From Porphyridium purpureum (Eukaryota): a stretch of 64,000 nt of DNA. The DNA lies in contig VRMN01000002.1 in assembly GCA_008690995.1 (NCBI GenBank), positions 2,108,001-2,172,000 on the forward strand, in the 5' to 3' direction. The position numbers and the translations under genes were made by a program. Position 1 is the first letter of the stretch. Each line of letters starts with the position of its first letter. Below are positions 21,939 to 33,145 of this stretch, piece after piece. Under the pieces are notes generated by a model. That model saw nothing but the letters and a program-made list of their open reading frames with translations. It searched no databases and was not told the DNA's origin.

Positions 21939-22838
21939 ATGGCGACAGCATCAGACGTCAGGGTCAGCCGGGCACGGACTCGTCTGTTTCAGATACTTGA
22001 GCGTGCGATTGACGATGCAGTCGAGCAGCAGATACAGGATGCGGACGCTTCGAGGGGTTCTGAAGCGCCCAAGGCCGAGGAGCTGAATGTGGAACAGATG
22101 CGGGACGCAATGCGCTGCGTGTTCTACCCGGCTTTGGAGATCATGGATGCGGCCATAGAGCGCAGAGTCGGTGCAAATAAGCGAGCGGGCGTACTGGTTG
22201 AAGCCGAGGACGCGCAGCTAGAGCGGCGGCTCGCAGACACAGTTTCAGAGCTGACGGAGCTCCGGAGCCAGGTGGAACATTACCGTGAGACGCTTCCACG
22301 CGGAGTGGCGAGCGTGTGTCACGAGCAACTCGAACGCGCAAACGATGAGCTTGAGAGGCTTCTTAGCAGCTTGAAAGAACCGGACCGCGCTACTGATAGA
22401 AATGGTCCAGAATACTCGAGCGTCACTGTCTCAAAATCCAAGCACTTGATGGTGTCCGAGCAAGTCGAAAGAACAATCCAGCTCATTTCAAATGTCAACG
22501 CAGAGGTCGCCGAGCTCGAGTCCAAGCTGAAAAGCGTCGATAGAGCCCTCGACATCGTCAAAGTCAATGACAAGGAGAACGCGGAAATCATGCCGCACCG
22601 CAAGGCTGCCAAGCTTTTCCGGCGCTTTTCTTATGAGGACGCTCAGTCGTCATTGGAGGTTGGTAGGGTGCCGAACGAGACGAAAGAAAACGTGTTGCAA
22701 GCTCGTCCCAAAGCCGAGGGAGCGACTAGAAAAAGAAAGACCCCTGATCACCAGCGGCACCCCGAAGGCGCACAAGGACCTTCACCAGGCAGGGTTCTTC
22801 GTAAGCGCCTGCTCGGCAAGCGACCGACCAATCTTTGA
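21939..22838 (+). CDS. Coiled-coil protein, candidate kinetochore Nsl1/Mis14 subunit
   Basis: Clean 299-aa ORF. The segment EDAQLERRLADTVSELTELRSQVEHYRETLP resembles the Mis14/Nsl1 core. Two KEN motifs and a basic tail. Confidence 0.5.
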   Translation: MATASDVRVSRARTRLFQILERAIDDAVEQQIQDADASRGSEAPKAEELNVEQMRDAMRCVFYPALEIMDAAIERRVGANKRAGVLVEAEDAQLERRLADTVSELTELRSQVEHYRETLPRGVASVCHEQLERANDELERLLSSLKEPDRATDRNGPEYSSVTVSKSKHLMVSEQVERTIQLISNVNAEVAELESKLKSVDRALDIVKVNDKENAEIMPHRKAAKLFRRFSYEDAQSSLEVGRVPNETKENVLQARPKAEGATRKRKTPDHQRHPEGAQGPSPGRVLRKRLLGKRPTNL

Positions 22839-23018
22839 AAGACAACACAGAGAATGGAAAGCTGTCCCAAAAGTATCGAAACAGCTTGCCGTGCATTTAC
22901 TACATGTTATGAAAAAATTTCCTGTCGTTCGCTTGTAAAATTAATCTTAATACATCAAAGAAAGAATGGCATTGCCTACGTCGCACCTCTTGCTCTGGCA
23001 CGCGAAGGTCAAGCACCC

Positions 23019-24898
23019 CTACACGAGCAAGTTTGCCGACGCCGTTGACGAGGTGCATGAGCTAGGAACCTCCTTTGCCAGAACGTACGCGCGCTCTGGA
23101 TTATCGGCATCAATATAGCCCTCTTCATTTCCTAGCACGGAAAGGCCAGACTCGTCCTTATCAAATTCGGTGATCTTCACACTGTGACGGAACGAAACGC
23201 GCACCCCAGAACTGGATGATGTCGTTGATATCGAGCGCCCATACGTGCCCAGCTCGTTCAACGACGAGTCTGCATGGTCTGCGGACGACCGTCGTAGCGA
23301 GTGATGGCGACTCGCGCTGAGCAGGTTTCGCGTCGCAGCCCTGTTGACTGCAAGCATGTCAAGGTCATTCGCAGAGTCAAACGTCGGACGTTGCAGAGCC
23401 TGGGACGTTTCGAGCCTGTCATCAAAGTCGCGCGCATTCCAGGAGGTTCCTAGGGGTTCTTCCGAGACATAATTCCTCTCGACGAGCACGATCTCCGGCG
23501 CCGAAGAGTGCTCAAAGTTTTGCATCTCCGCGTCCCACATTTGGAGCCGCTCTTGTACGCTTAAGCGCGTACGGTTCCCGCGGGTGTTTCCGTACACCTC
23601 GAAATATTTTTTGAACCGCCCGCTAGTGAGACTCCCACTGCTTGCTCGCCGTGGGTCGAATTCCACGGCAGGGCGGCCATTATCCAGCCTAGGGGACTGG
23701 GTGCCGCGCCGTGAGTTGGGCGGTACAAAGGAGCTTTCTGTCGACTGAAAGGAAGGCTGCCGCTGCCGCGGGCTCGATGCAAACTTACGGAATGAGAACT
23801 TGCTCGCACCCAGTGCGCTGCTCTCCTTGTGTAGGCTTGGCTGCTGCAATCCGCCCTGCGAAGCATACTCAGTGCTTGCATTTCCCTGACTTTGGAAACC
23901 TGGAATACTGTCAAAGCTCGTAAACTCACCGACCGCAGCAGCGCTGTCCGGCCCGAGATCAGATACGCCGCGTATCTTGCCGAACGCTTTCCGCACCCGC
24001 TGTCGTTCGCGCAACGGCGGTGACGCGAGTGGTCGTACCGCCGTGTCATCAGAAGGAAGAGCACTGGTGGATGACCCCAGGCGACCGGACTTTCGCATAC
24101 TGACACCTTGCAGTACCTTTTCTTCATGCGGTGTCTGCAACTCGGGGTTCGATATTCCATTGACAGAGTCGAGGTGCTGCCGCCGTGCACCTTTCGTTCG
24201 CAGAGAACTGCCATTCATACGGTCACTGCTGCTAAAACGGCCGGAAGTACGAGCAAAGCTGCCTCGTTCACCACGCTTTACGCTAGACGTGCCTCCGCCA
24301 CCAAAATCGCTCGCGTCTCTACTGCTACCAAAAAAAGCGCCTGGCTCCGCGCTGCCGAATTTCTTGGCACTTCTTAGCTGTGTCGGCCGGTCGGGTGTTT
24401 TGGGTTCACTACCTGCACGCTCTGCGAAGGGCCTGCTTTCACGCGGGCTTTCTTCCCCAACCCCGTCACAGCTTTCGGAGCGCAGAAAAAGTTCAGTCGG
24501 ATTCTGCCGTTTGGAGCTGTTTCCTCGCGGCTCCGCCGGCGCGTCTGCGGTGGTGGTGGACCGAGCTGTACTCGAAGCGTGCGACGTGTCTTCCTCGAGC
24601 GCCTTGTGGCCCGCGGGCTCGCCTTCTTGCACACGGAACAACCCGGGAGGAACGTCAAGCCTTCCAGCCTGCGCCGCCACGGCCGCGTGATCATCGGCGC
24701 TCGCCAGCCGCGAGGGCGGCGCTTGCTGCGCTTGCTGTGCGTGCGCCTTGGGCGCGAGCCCGCGGCGCTTCAATCGCGCGCCCGTGCGCAGGCGGCCACT
24801 GTCGTGCCCGGCGGCAGCGGCGTGGACAAGGCCGTGCCCACAAACACGGGCTTGGTGCTCTTCCTCGAGGACGAGCCCAGGCGCTGCAGCAAACTCAT
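23019..24898 (-). CDS. Ser/Arg-rich disordered protein with C-terminal RVxF motif; 5' end apparently frameshifted
   Basis: Long open frame 23019-25007 has no early ATG. A good-context GCCATG at 24898 (MSLLQRLGSSSRKST) is in another frame. VRVSFRHSVKITEF lies near the C-terminus. Confidence 0.6.
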
Positions 24899-25233
24899 GG
24901 CGCTGTGCGTTTCGGTGCGTCTCCGAACCTCCCGTTTTCCAGCGCGCGCGACGCGTACATCGAGCGGCGACCCCTACCCCCACACGCCCACGCTCAGAGA
25001 TAGACACAGAGAGATACCGACAGACAGAAACTCAAACTCGCACCTCCACAGGAACGCACGCGCTGCGCCCGGCATCTCGCGCTTACAAAATGCAGCACAC
25101 GTTCGCCGCATTTCGTGCCGCATTGCCACTGTACACGAACTGTACATTTACAGTGGACACGCGGTTTTGAATTTGCGAGTGGCGCGGTGTGGAAGCGGGG
25201 TGAGGGTTGTGGAGTAGTGGTGGGGGAGTGGGG

Positions 25234-26555
25234 ATGGAGCGGGAGGACGGCGGCGCGATTGTGGTTCTGCCGGAGCTGCATGAGCTGTTTGTGGTGTACG
25301 ATGAGGTGTACTTTGGCGGCGCGCTGCAGGCGGCGTGCGCGTGCGGTGGTCGCGCGCGTCCATGACGCGCTGCGCAGGCCTGTGCAAGCGCGACGCCGCC
25401 GGCGCCGTCGAGATCGTCATCAGCGAGCCGCTCATCAAGTTCCGGCCAAGCTCGGACCTGCAGGAGACGCTGCTGCATGAAATGGTGCACGCGCTCGAGT
25501 TTACCACCGCGCCAGCCGCGCGGCGCCGGTTGTCCGACCCCATCGACCGCGACGGCCACGGCCCGTTCTTTCAGATGCACGTCGCTCGCATCAACGCCAG
25601 CAACGACGCGCGCGACCCATGGCGCCCAAAGAAGGGTTACCACCTCACTGTGTACCATTCGTTTACCAATGAGGTCGACTTTTACCTCACACATGTGTGG
25701 AAGTGCGACAGGTGTGGCAAGGTGATCAAGCGGAGCATGAACCGCGCGCCCAGCGAGAAGGACTGTCGCGCGTACCGCGTCGATGGTAGGCTTTGGAAGC
25801 ACGACGGTAGCCCGCATCACAACTACAATCGTTGCGGCGACTCGACGTGCGCGCCGCACAACCATATTCGCTCGTGCGGTGGCGTGTATGTGAAAATCAG
25901 CGAGCCGGCCAAAACGCCAAGTGTGAAGAAGCAGCCGCTCAAGCAGGAAAATGCCGGCAAAGTGCCGGAAGAATCCGCGTCTAGATCGGCCAGGATCACG
26001 GCCAAGCATCATCCTTCCGCGTGCCCTACTAATCCGGCCAAACGGCAGACTCGGCTTGTGGTTGTGAGCGGTGTCTGCCAAGGCGAGCATGCTGACCGTG
26101 TTCTGGCGGAGTCATGTCTGCAGGACAGCGAAAGTGTACCCGAAAGCTGCCCGGCTGGCAAGCGCCGCCGTCACCAGGACACTGAAAGTCTGCAAGAGTC
26201 GGATGAGCAGTGGACATGTGCTGTCCGTGGTGGAGTTACATGTACCGCGGACGAGGACGAAGCAGCGGTTGTTGCGGCGCAAAGCGCATTTCTTCGTGCT
26301 TTAGCGGCCCGGCGCCGTGAGAGACAAGAGCAAGCCGAGCCTCCGCGCGTGTCAATTGTCACCCCAGATGCCATCACAACATGCAAGCTTTCCGTTCTCG
26401 AGTACATAGACGATGACGTTCAAGTGGTGCATGAGCGAGTGTCTTTTCCTGCGTCGCGGTGCCAAGGAAGGCCCAGTGCGTGCGTAAAGGAGGCGGAGGA
26501 GGCGAACAAGGAAGGGACGGAGGCCGGCATTGATGTGATTGACCTGACTATATGA
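25234..26555 (+). CDS. SPRTN: SprT-family DNA-protein crosslink protease (Spartan), 1-nt frameshift at about 25333
   Basis: ATG 25234 gives PELHELFVVYDEVYFGGAL. The main frame continues VRWSRASMTRCAGLC, HEMVH, HGPFF, VYHSF and WKCDRC...IKRSMNRAPS...CGGVYVKISEP. Confidence 0.88.
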
Positions 26556-27258
26556 TCAAGCGTAGACGCAGACGCGACCGAGGAACTCGAGCCGCTACCC
26601 GGCAGCGTCGCGAGTGCGTGGCACGTCCTCCGCGCAACCCCACGCAACCACTGAGCCAGCGCACATTTCCAAATCGCACCATCGTCTGAAGTGAGTGTAC
26701 CCCCGTGCCGTATTTATATAAAAGCATCGTGTTTTGATAGAGCCGTGTGGACAGGCGTCGGTACAGTGGCTGATTGCCTGATGCGTTTCGGCGCCATGTT
26801 TTGCTGGCCCGGCCGCCAGACGTAACGAAGCACCGTAACACGCTGCGTGACGACGCGACTCGGCAGCGAGGAGCGAGCGAGCGAGCTGGACTGGACTGAG
26901 CGCGCGCGCGCGTGTCTCTGTCTCGACTGCGTTGCCTGCAGACACGCTGACTTGCGCAAGCAGGGCGTCGCGGCGAACGTCACGGACACGCGCACGTGAC
27001 GTGGCGTCTGCGCTCGCACTGTTTGAAGCGCTGCGCGAGGATTCAAGGCGAGGGTGGCGCGCTTGGTGCGCAGGTGTGCTCCGGCACCACGGGGAACGGA
27101 GGGCGAGGTCCGTTCCGGGAGAGCTCCACGCATCCGTCGCCGCACAAAGGCGGAGCGGTCGGGAGCGTCGCCCGGGTGCGCGCGCTCGGATCGATTTGTC
27201 GATTGTTTGATTCGAGTGCTTGGCGGGCTGCCGTCGGCAAGCAAAATTCTGTACTTCT

Positions 27259-29097
27259 ATGGGGAACAATGATGGCGCTCCGCGCGGGCAAAAGTCGAAA
27301 GATGACGCATTGTCACTGGTGAGAAGACTTCCGATATCGTTTGCCGCCAGTTTGCAAATGCGCAAACGAACCAAGATGCCTTTGCAGAAACCGATGCGCA
27401 CGGTTTGGGCAGAGCTACGCGGCAGCACGATTCTGTTCTACCAGCTTCCTGAGGGAGTGAAAACGAGTTCTCCGCGGTCATCCCGGGCGGGTGATGGTGC
27501 GGCAAGCAACGCTACCGGAAGCGCCTTCCGCACACCGCGGGGCTCAAAGGTGAACACGCTGCTGAGCGATGAGCAGTTTTCCTCTGGGAAAGTATCAGCA
27601 GAAGATATCACACTCATCCCTTTGCAAGACGCAGTGATCAAGAGCGTGGACAAGAAGGGCGTACTGATGATCAAGTGTACGGCAAACGAGGAGGCGATCA
27701 CATACGAGCTCAAGCCCGCGGCGGTAGACTTTGACCGCTGGATGCGTGTGCTCAATTCTTCAAAAAGCCAGCGCACGGTAGGACTGAGTGACTTTGAGAT
27801 TCAGGCGGCCCTGGGCAAGGGTGCGAGCGGGAAGGTTTTTTTGGTGCGCGACAAGCTGACCAACGAGGAGCTGGCGCTGAAGGTGATTGAAAAAAGCGTC
27901 GTGTATGAAACGAACGACGCATATAGGCACGCGCTCGACGAGCGGCTCGTACTGGAGCTTGCGTGCGAGCACCCGTTCATTCTCAATCTGTTTTACGCGT
28001 TTCAAAGTGACAAGCGGCTCTACCTGGTGACAGAATACTGCGCCGGTCATGATTTGTTTGACTATCTCAAGGCACGAGGGCGGCCGCTGCCGGAACGGCG
28101 CGCACGGCGCGTGGTCGCAGAAATTTTGCTTGCGCTGGAGCACGTGCACTCCTTGGGCGTGATCTACCGTGACCTTAAACTTGAAAATGTGTTGCTCGAT
28201 GCGCAGGGCCACGTCCGGGTGGCGGACTTTGGGCTGAGCAAAATTGTAACCACACCGGAGGGCGACTTGTTGCAAGATCAGTCTGGCATCAAAGTACAAG
28301 GCGCGCGTACCTTTTGCGGCACCCGCGAGTATGTGGCACCAGAGATGCTCGTGGGCAAGCAGTATGGCCAGTCGGTGGACCTCTGGGCGCTTGGTATTCT
28401 GTTGTACGAAATTCTTTGCGGACGGACGCCGTTTTATGCGTCCAATCGCGATGAGGTGTACGACCGTATCGAATCAGCGCCGCTCAAATTCCCGCGCCAC
28501 CTTTCCAGCGAGGTGGTCAGCCTGATTCGCGGTCTGTTGGACCGAAACCCCAAAACACGGCTGGGTATGGGTAGCGCTGGGATGAACGAAGTGAAATCGC
28601 ATCCTTTCTTCAAGGATTTAAATTGGTCCTCCCTGTACGACAAGCCAGACCACGTGGACAACTTGGTCATGAGCCCGGAGCCTACTGCAGACGACGCCAA
28701 GGACTTTGAAGGTATCGACAAGGATGAGCTCGGGTTTTGGATTGAGGACGAGCGCGAGGTAGGTGGGAACAATGTCAGCAGCCGCAGCAATGGCTTGTGG
28801 TCCATGTTTACACCAAGCAAGAGCCAGCGTTCGCGTAAAAGTGCGGCGGCTGGTGCAAGTAGCGGGGGCATCGCCGGGTACGAGTTTTCCGGAAACTCGT
28901 CCCTGGAAGGTTCGCGACAGCACTCGCGCTCTGGGTCACGCAATTTGAGCCGCGCGAACTCGACGGGCAACACGGTGTCAGAGAAAAATGTTGCCATGAC
29001 AAACCAGGGACTCGCGCCGGACCTCCGGGAAAGTAGTAGCGGGCTTCCGGCGAACGCAAGACAGACACAACACCAAACTTCCAAGGACACCACTTGA
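27259..29097 (+). CDS. PH-domain AGC-family Ser/Thr kinase (Akt/S6K/RSK-like)
   Basis: MGNN N-terminus and PH-like region (VWAELRGSTILFY...FDRWMRVL). Kinase motifs GKGASGKV, YRDLKLEN, DFGLSK and TFCGTREYVAPE. Confidence 0.92.
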   Translation: MGNNDGAPRGQKSKDDALSLVRRLPISFAASLQMRKRTKMPLQKPMRTVWAELRGSTILFYQLPEGVKTSSPRSSRAGDGAASNATGSAFRTPRGSKVNTLLSDEQFSSGKVSAEDITLIPLQDAVIKSVDKKGVLMIKCTANEEAITYELKPAAVDFDRWMRVLNSSKSQRTVGLSDFEIQAALGKGASGKVFLVRDKLTNEELALKVIEKSVVYETNDAYRHALDERLVLELACEHPFILNLFYAFQSDKRLYLVTEYCAGHDLFDYLKARGRPLPERRARRVVAEILLALEHVHSLGVIYRDLKLENVLLDAQGHVRVADFGLSKIVTTPEGDLLQDQSGIKVQGARTFCGTREYVAPEMLVGKQYGQSVDLWALGILLYEILCGRTPFYASNRDEVYDRIESAPLKFPRHLSSEVVSLIRGLLDRNPKTRLGMGSAGMNEVKSHPFFKDLNWSSLYDKPDHVDNLVMSPEPTADDAKDFEGIDKDELGFWIEDEREVGGNNVSSRSNGLWSMFTPSKSQRSRKSAAAGASSGGIAGYEFSGNSSLEGSRQHSRSGSRNLSRANSTGNTVSEKNVAMTNQGLAPDLRESSSGLPANARQTQHQTSKDTT

Positions 29098-31131
29098 TGG
29101 CTACCTGTCACGTGGCCTTTGGTTGTTTTTCTCACTTCATGCATCATCTATTTTTCTTATAAAGGAAGCAGAGTTGAGCAAATTCCGATTCGCTCAGGTA
29201 TCATGCTTGACGACGAGCCCGAAATTTTGGGAATGTATATGCCGAGATGCTCGCATTATCCGCGTCCTTTCATCTCTCTCTCAACTGCAAAACGCCGGTG
29301 GCATGCAATAGGACACTTCGGCAACAGCGCAAAGACTCGTAACCTTTGAAGGGGTACAAGCAGTCGGTCCGCAAATACCTACTCCCGGTCGGCATGCCCT
29401 CTTTCGTGAGCTGGGTGGGCAAACGGCAGGACTCTTGGCTGACAAATGGACAACGATGTCAAACTTGTCGGTCTCGGAAAATGACGCACTTGATTCCTCG
29501 CCGACATCAGAACAGTGGCTCGTGAGATCTACTGCTCCTTGGCAAGCGCGTCGGCGGAGCTGGATTGGATTTCTGCTCGAGTCACTCGAAGAAGGGAAGA
29601 CAGCTAATATGCCAAAGCTGCGAGCCTCCAGTGGCGGCAGCTTTTTGAGCGAACCACACATGAAAGGCGCCCCGGCAAGGAGCGACCTCGGGTTGAACCG
29701 AACTGCTGTTCTTGTGCGGCTCTGATGCGACGCTTCTGCCTGGATGGAACCAATGACCCGTCGCGGCACCAAGAGTCTCATTGAGCTCGTTACTCTGCAT
29801 GTGTTCACCTCGAAGCAGTTATCGAGACGACGGTGGGCGTATGCTCAGCTGGCGTCGAATCCTTACCATCCTGTCTTGCACGGTCCACTAGCGTTTCACA
29901 GACTCCGAGTATCTCGCTCTGAACACATTCCATCAACATAGCCCGCTCAACCAAGTCCACTGTGCTAGGGCATGCGGCCTGTAAATGTGAATTCGTCATG
30001 CCCACGCAGTGTGACGGATGCGACACGATTCCGGCGGTGCATGGCAAGATAACACCCGATCTTTGATACTCAAACACACACTGTGTTTTCTCATGTACTG
30101 TCTGTCGTCTTACCACATCATGTACTTCCCGAAAGTCTGCTGGTCGCTCACCGAAGCAACGACACCTGCAAGTGTTCGGCGAAAGCCGTCGTTTGCTTCT
30201 TCTTCCCGGTCCTCTTCCATATTTGGGGATGAAGACAGCGACCCACGTCGGGTGTGTGCTGGCGTAGGAGCAGGAGGAAGCAAAGTGCACCATTCGTCTT
30301 ACAACTTGATCTCAATCATGCGAAACTTGCTGGCGTGGGCAACCGCAACAACAAGCCCCATTCACCCATTCCCTCGACAAAATACGCCCGCGAGACGATA
30401 CATGAGACACTTCTACGCGCTTCAGTCTCGCGATGGCCTGACCGGTCGAGCGCGACACCGGAACATTGACCGTGAGCATCCTTTTTTCCCAGGCACATGT
30501 ACGTGATTTTGCCAGTCTTTCGTGCATGGGGTCCTCGCGACCAGTTCGAAAAGACCGGGAGGGTCGCAGCGCGATAGAGTGAGTCGCGCAATATCTATCC
30601 ACGTCCGTGATTTTAGTGGATGGCCAGCCATTGGTGCAAGGGCAAAGTTGAGACGGCTTCTCAATCTCAGTTACATGTAATAAGCAGTCAACGACTGCCT
30701 GCTTCGGCAGAATTGCGCCGATGTGTGGGCGCGAAAAGGAAGCGATCCGAACATCCATAATGCCACTGCTTGACGACCCACGTAACGCACGCGTCACCAC
30801 GGTCGCCCGTCAGGATCTTTAGTTTCTTTGTACATTCTAGTTAAGTGTGAAAGGAGTAGAAAGTTATACTGCCGCGCGACTCACGGAGATGGTTGACGCC
30901 CATGTATTCGCAACACCTGGAGGGATCCACAAGCCGAGCATCACCACGTATGGTTCTTCGCCTTGAAAAAGACCTCTTGTTGACACAACACACAGTGAGC
31001 CCGCGTTACACTGTTCCGGCGTTGATTTGACTTATAGCATGCGCCCGAGCAAACCATCACGTGCACGCCGGACTGTCATTCAAAGCAGTGCTCCCACGCG
31101 TCTTGCGGTATTCATCGGTCACGATGCTCAG

Positions 31132-31790
31132 CTACGAATGCTTCGCTCTCCTCCTTCGCACATGGTTCTTCCCCGATGCAGCCGACTGATGTACCGTCAT
31201 CTGTGCCAAGCCCTGCGGGTTCGATTCACTGACCAACGCTTGGATGAGAAAACGCGGCTCGAACTCTTCGGTTTCGGACAGTTGTGAACTCGTTTCCTCC
31301 ACACTGACCTTGGACCATTCGCGATCTGGCCCAACCGCAGCACGTTTGGAGTTGCCTATCCTACCAGCCATTGGATTTTCGCTCGATTCGCTCTGGGCCG
31401 GAAGCATGAGCGCTGACCCACCGAGGCTGGAACATTGATGCTGCGTACGATCATTCACGTCATAAGACATGCAGAAAATACCCTCAAGACATCCTCCGAA
31501 CAAATCGTCTGTCAGCGTGGCCAGGGCTTCTTCAAGCTCGACGCTATCCATGATCGTTCCTTCCGGTTCTTGTACGTCTTGCACGCAGCCAAGAACCGTC
31601 GGGTCAAGGGCGCTGCCTGTGTCTTCGGTCATGGACAAAGTCCTCTTCCCCGAGCTGCTGGATATTCCCGTCGTCCAAGGCATCTTGACAAACTTCTTTC
31701 AGTCCAGCCCTTCTCGCCCTGCACGACCTCGTCCAGTGACGCTTCGAGGCACCACCGTGGGTTAAGTGTTCCCAGCATGCGACAGGCGAC
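31132..31790 (-). pseudogene. Possible decayed gene (acidic, Ser-rich fragments in three frames)
   Basis: Protein-like segments LEASLDEVVQGEK, LKEVCQDALDDGNIQQLGEEDFV and MTEDTGSALD... occur in successive frames. No family recognised. Confidence 0.25.
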
Positions 31791-33145
31791 GGCAGTAAAC
31801 TCACGAAGGACCTGCAGCTACTTTGTAGGCATCCTATGGCACTTACACAGATTTTAAGATTCGGACGCAAATCTGAGAAGCCAAACTTGCGGTGGACAAG
31901 CCGCAGATGGATTTTATATTTCACGGTGCGGTATTCCGCGCGGGCTGCCACCGCGATCACAAAGCCGCGCACAGTTTAACTGATTGACGCCCACGTATCC
32001 GGTCTGTGCGCGCGCGCACGATGTGCCACCATGTGACGTTCTTCCACCGCAGCACTAATTCAACCCGGTCGCACACGCCGTTTCCCTACCTGTGCTGGAG
32101 TATCACCTGTGAAGCGTTTTCGAAGACAACCCACGTCCATCCCTCCTATCCAACCGCGTTTTTCTACCGCACGTGTGTGAGTGTGGGCACAAATGCGGAA
32201 TTTGTTTGTGCTTTCAGCTCCGCGCATGTCCTTATTGACCGCTTGTTTTCGCTCGCGGTATCTGCGTTGCACGCGTGACGCAGGTCACTTCTCGGACGAC
32301 GCGAAATCGAGGCGGTTGCTCATTGCGCCAACAGCACAACAGGCACACCAACAGCACCGACCGCCCTTCGCGCGCCGCTGTCCAACGCACAACCCACCAC
32401 ATTTCTGCGTCCACACGTGCGCGTCGCGATTGCCGCGAGCGCGCATGCCACCACGTGGTGTCACGCCGCCAACATCTTCCGCGACAACCGACTCATCATT
32501 AACCGCGTTGTCCTTCCACCCCCATCGCTCCACCACGCCACGTTGACAAAGCGGCGTGCATTCATTCCGCCATTCCCACCACCACCACCACCACCCCTGT
32601 ACCATGAATGGCGCATTGCATCTAATGTACAGCTCTCTCCCATGTGTAGTGTACAGTGACGTAACCCTCTCACACACGCATGGACGCACCTGAATCACTC
32701 GCACCCACATCAAAAATCAATCGACGCCGCCATGATCATCTTGATAGCAAAACACCAAACGCGCGTGTATGACGCGCTCGAATTCAGCGCGGCAAAGCCA
32801 AGAGAAAAGAGAAAGGGGGACAAGAAACGAACGAAAAAACAGTCCGACACGGTTGAAATCAAGCGACTTGCGTCACGCGGGACAAACCGCGCGGCTTGAC
32901 ACCAGCGCCGCTGTACACCCTCCGCGTTGGTGCCGAATTGAGCGCGTCTGAGTTAAGAGCGCGTGGGGGTTACTGGGGGGGTTCAGTTGTGGGTGTTGCG
33001 GGCGTGTGCGCAGTGCGGGTGAGGCGAGAAGAACGTGAGGGAGCTGGGGGCGTGAGGAAGGGTGGGGGTTGGGGCCTCGCGGCGAGCAGTGTGCGGGCGT
33101 GGCGGCGGCGGGCGGGTGAGGGGAGACGCGCGCGGGCCGCAGAGC

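Noticed and set aside
25083..26090. Long antisense or alternate-frame ORFs (e.g. 25083-26090, 39605-40507, 59812-60684, 26595-27428)
   Set aside because: Shadow ORFs expected in GC-rich coding DNA, with no recognisable motifs.
1..26555. DNA-repair gene cluster (RAD51C-like, AlkB, SPRTN)
   Set aside because: The genes are dispersed among unrelated housekeeping genes, consistent with chance.
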